Below are positions 61,546-64,000 of a stretch of DNA of 64,000 bases, piece by piece. The notes below the pieces were generated by a model. It ran no database searches and was not told the origin of the DNA. It worked only from the letters and a program-made list of their open reading frames with translations. A program made the translations under genes and the position numbers. Within the stretch, counting starts at the first letter, position 1. Every line of letters starts with the position of its first letter. The DNA is from Eimeria praecox (Eukaryota). Location of the stretch: positions 5,146,001 to 5,210,000 of the forward strand of contig OY986947.1 in the NCBI GenBank assembly GCA_963920595.1, in the 5' to 3' direction.

Positions 61546-63367
61546 AACCCGAAACAATGTATATAATTGAAATGAGTAAACTCTCTGTTGGTTGTAAGTA
61601 AATAATAAAACAGCATGCATGCATGCATGCATGCATGCATGCATTTTAATTAATGCTTATTATAATATAATAATATTATTATGATGCATGCATGGATTAG
61701 TGTGTATGTATGTATATATGTGTGTATGTGTGTGTGTATGTATGTGTATGTGCATGTGTGTATGTGTATATACACCTCAGATAGGTACGACAGTAATAGT
61801 TGAAGATGTATTTAATCGCCTACCACTTAGACGTAAACGATTAGAACAAACAAAACAAAAACAGTTTCAAGAAGCTTTGGGGCTGGTTCAGAGGATAGCT
61901 TTGCTGCATGCATCGTCTTGTCGTTTTATTTTATCTAATTTTGATGGAAAGACGTAAGGGTTAGGGTTAGGGTTTAGGGTTTAGGGTTTATTAGGGGTTA
62001 GAGGGTAGGGTTTATGAGATAGGGGTTAGGGTTTAGGGTTTAGGATTTAGAGGGGGGTTAGGGTTTAGGGTTTAGGATTTAGAGGGGGGTTAGGGTTTAG
62101 GGTTTAGGATTTAGAGGGGGGTTAGGGTTTAGGGTTTAGGGGTTATGGAGCAGCGGTTACGAATTAGGGTTTAGGGTTTGTTGCTTAGGGTTTATTCTTT
62201 AGGGTTTAGGGTTTGTTCTTTAGGGTTTAGGGTTTATTGTCTATTGTTTAGGGTTTAGGGTTTGTTGTTTAGGGTTTATTGTCTAGGGTTTAGGGTTTAT
62301 TGTCTATTGTTTATTGTTTATTGCTTATTATTTATTATTTGTTGTTTATTATTTATTATTTATTATTTATTATTTATTATTTATTATTTATTATTTATTA
62401 TTTATTATTTATTATTTATTATTTATTATTTATTATTTATCATTTATTATTTATTATTTATCATTTATTATTTATTATTTATTATTTATTATTAATTATT
62501 TATTATTTATTATTTATTATTTATTATTTATCATTTATTATTTATTATTTATTATTTATTATTTATTATGTATAATTAATTATGTATTATTAATAATAAT
62601 AAATAATAAATAATAAATAATAAATAATAAATAATAAATAATAAACAACAAATAATAAATAATAAATAATAAATAATAAATAATAAATAATAAATAATAA
62701 ATAATAAATAATAAATAATAAATAATAAATAATAAATAATAAATAATAAATAATAAATAATAAATAATAAATAATAAATAATAAATAATAAATAATAAAT
62801 AATAAATAATAAATAATAAATAATAAATAATAAATAATTAATTATTATTTTCAGAGGGAGTCGTACTACGTTTCTAGCAACTAAAGGTACAAGCTCAACA
62901 TTATTAGAAGCAGCTTTGAGTGTATACGGAGCAAAACAATTGGCTGCATGCGCCGAGTTAACATTATCTGGGGGAGACACAGGAAGTGAGTGGAGGTAAG
63001 TAGAAACAAGTGTGCTGCTGCTGCTGCTGCTGCTGCTGTTGCTGTTGCTGCTGCTGCTGCTAGTGGTGGTGGTGCTGCTGCTGCTGCTAGTGGTGGTGGT
63101 GCTGCTGCTAGTGGTGGTGGTGGTGCTGCTGCTGCTGCTAGTGGCGGGGGTGTTGCTGCTGCTGCTGCTAGTGCTGGTGGTGGTGTTGCTGCTGCTGTTG
63201 CTGCTGCTGCTGTTGTTGCTGCTGCTGCTGCAGTTGTTGCTGTTTGTTAGTTTGCTGCTGCATGTTTGCTGCTGGATCGTCCGTCTAACTTGTCTACTTA
63301 TTTTTATGTTTCTTTGTTTTTCTCTGCTGTCTTATCTTTATCTTCTCTCTATTTAAAACATTAAATA

Positions 63368-63451
<84 letters not shown>

Positions 63452-63489
63452 TATATATGTATATGTGTATATATATATGTATATGTATA

Positions 63490-63571
<82 letters not shown>

Positions 63572-63754
63572 TTTTTTTCTTACAATTGGGGTGTACATAC
63601 ACCTGAACTGCATGCGATGAGGACACACTGCATGCAGATTAGAGGCTGTTATCTCTCGCCCTCCTCATGGCATTCGCTCAACATCTATGCAGCAGTTCTT
63701 TGTTAAGAGAAGAACTGTTGATTTCCCTCCCCTTCTTCAAAAACTTCTTAACAA
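58539..63754 (+). CDS. PMS2: MutL-family mismatch repair protein, PMS2 (yeast PMS1) type, 5' part, continuing past the window; exons 58539-59094, 59728-59814, 60556-60629, 61126-61260, 61781-61953, 62855-62995, 63638-63754
   Basis: GHKL ATPase motifs [61 protein letters not shown] and [18 protein letters not shown]. The LCSxQVI and GEALxSLC wording favours PMS2 over MLH1. The start codon is uncertain because the N-terminus is low-complexity poly-A/S/N. Confidence 0.85.
59110..61760. repeat. Intronic simple repeats of PMS2 introns 1-4 (12-mer TTTAT[C/G]TTTGTG, TC/TCTG, CAG/CTG, TA, TG, TTTAGGG)
   Basis: Directly visible; the span includes three short exons. Confidence 0.9.
61956..62842. repeat. 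PMS2 intron 5: (TTTAGGG)n grading into (TTTATTA)n, then inverted (TAATAAA)n
   Basis: Directly visible heptamer arrays. Confidence 0.95.
63013..63566. repeat. PMS2 intron 6: GCT/GGT triplets, (TA)n and (GA)n
   Basis: Directly visible. Confidence 0.9.
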
Positions 63755-63756
63755 GT

Positions 63757-64000
63757 AAACCCTAAACCCTAAACCCTAAACCCTAAACCCTAAACCCTAA
63801 ACCCTAAACCCTACAAAGGCCTTCTTCCTAAACCCTTTTTCTGTGTCAGAGGGAGCAAATTTAAAGAAAGAATTCAATGCAGAAAACCCAGAAACAACAA
63901 CAACCTTGTTTAGGGTCTAGGGTTTAGGGGTTAGGGTTTAGGGTTTAGGGTTTAGGGTTTAGGGTTTAGGGTTTAGGGTTTAGGGTTTAGGGTTTAGGGT
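63757..64000. repeat. (AAACCCT)n followed ~95 bp later by (TTTAGGG)n in PMS2 intron 7
   Basis: C-strand array at 63757-63812 and G-strand array from ~63909 to the window end. Confidence 0.95.

Noticed and set aside
63850..63912. Next PMS2 exon after the CAG at 63849
   Set aside because: The expected frame reaches a TAG within ~21 codons and shows no MutL similarity, so it is probably intronic.
63909..64000. True chromosome telomere at the window end
   Set aside because: The PMS2 gene is incomplete here and identical short TTTAGGG arrays occur in several other introns, so it is most likely interstitial. Sequence beyond the window is not visible.

Overview
This is eukaryotic, intron-rich DNA from a coccidian apicomplexan, most likely Eimeria sp.; the genus is inferred from the CAG triplet repeats, interstitial TTTAGGG heptamers and TGCATGCA arrays. 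The window has two compartments. About 0.5-32.6 kb is repeat-poor and gene-dense, with NOM1/SGD1-like (+), COG1-like (-), an intronless signal-peptide/TM protein (+), ALG2 (-), a bacterial-type, probably apicoplast prolyl-tRNA synthetase (+) and an N-terminal-motor kinesin with a long coiled-coil tail (-). From about 32.6 kb to the end it is AT-rich and repeat-rich, with a pyrroline-5-carboxylate reductase (+) and the 5' part of a PMS2/PMS1-type MutL gene (+). The main finding is that the P5C reductase reading frame is interrupted inside its conserved GSGP motif by a ~20.0 kb intron (35474-55519). The intron is almost entirely a block-structured TATC/TATG satellite with 4/6/8/12/16/20-bp periods and almost no AG on the sense strand. 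Other notable structures are a duplicated two-exon cassette and a GC-AG intron in NOM1, a perfect 27-bp intronic hairpin, a telomere heptamer that decays into TTTATTA and forms a ~500-bp fold-back, and a dispersed TGAGGTGTATAC / GGTGTACATACACC motif. Exon boundaries were read by eye and gene names come from motif recognition; no searches were run. The giant six-frame ORFs at 36-55 kb are by-products of the satellite.
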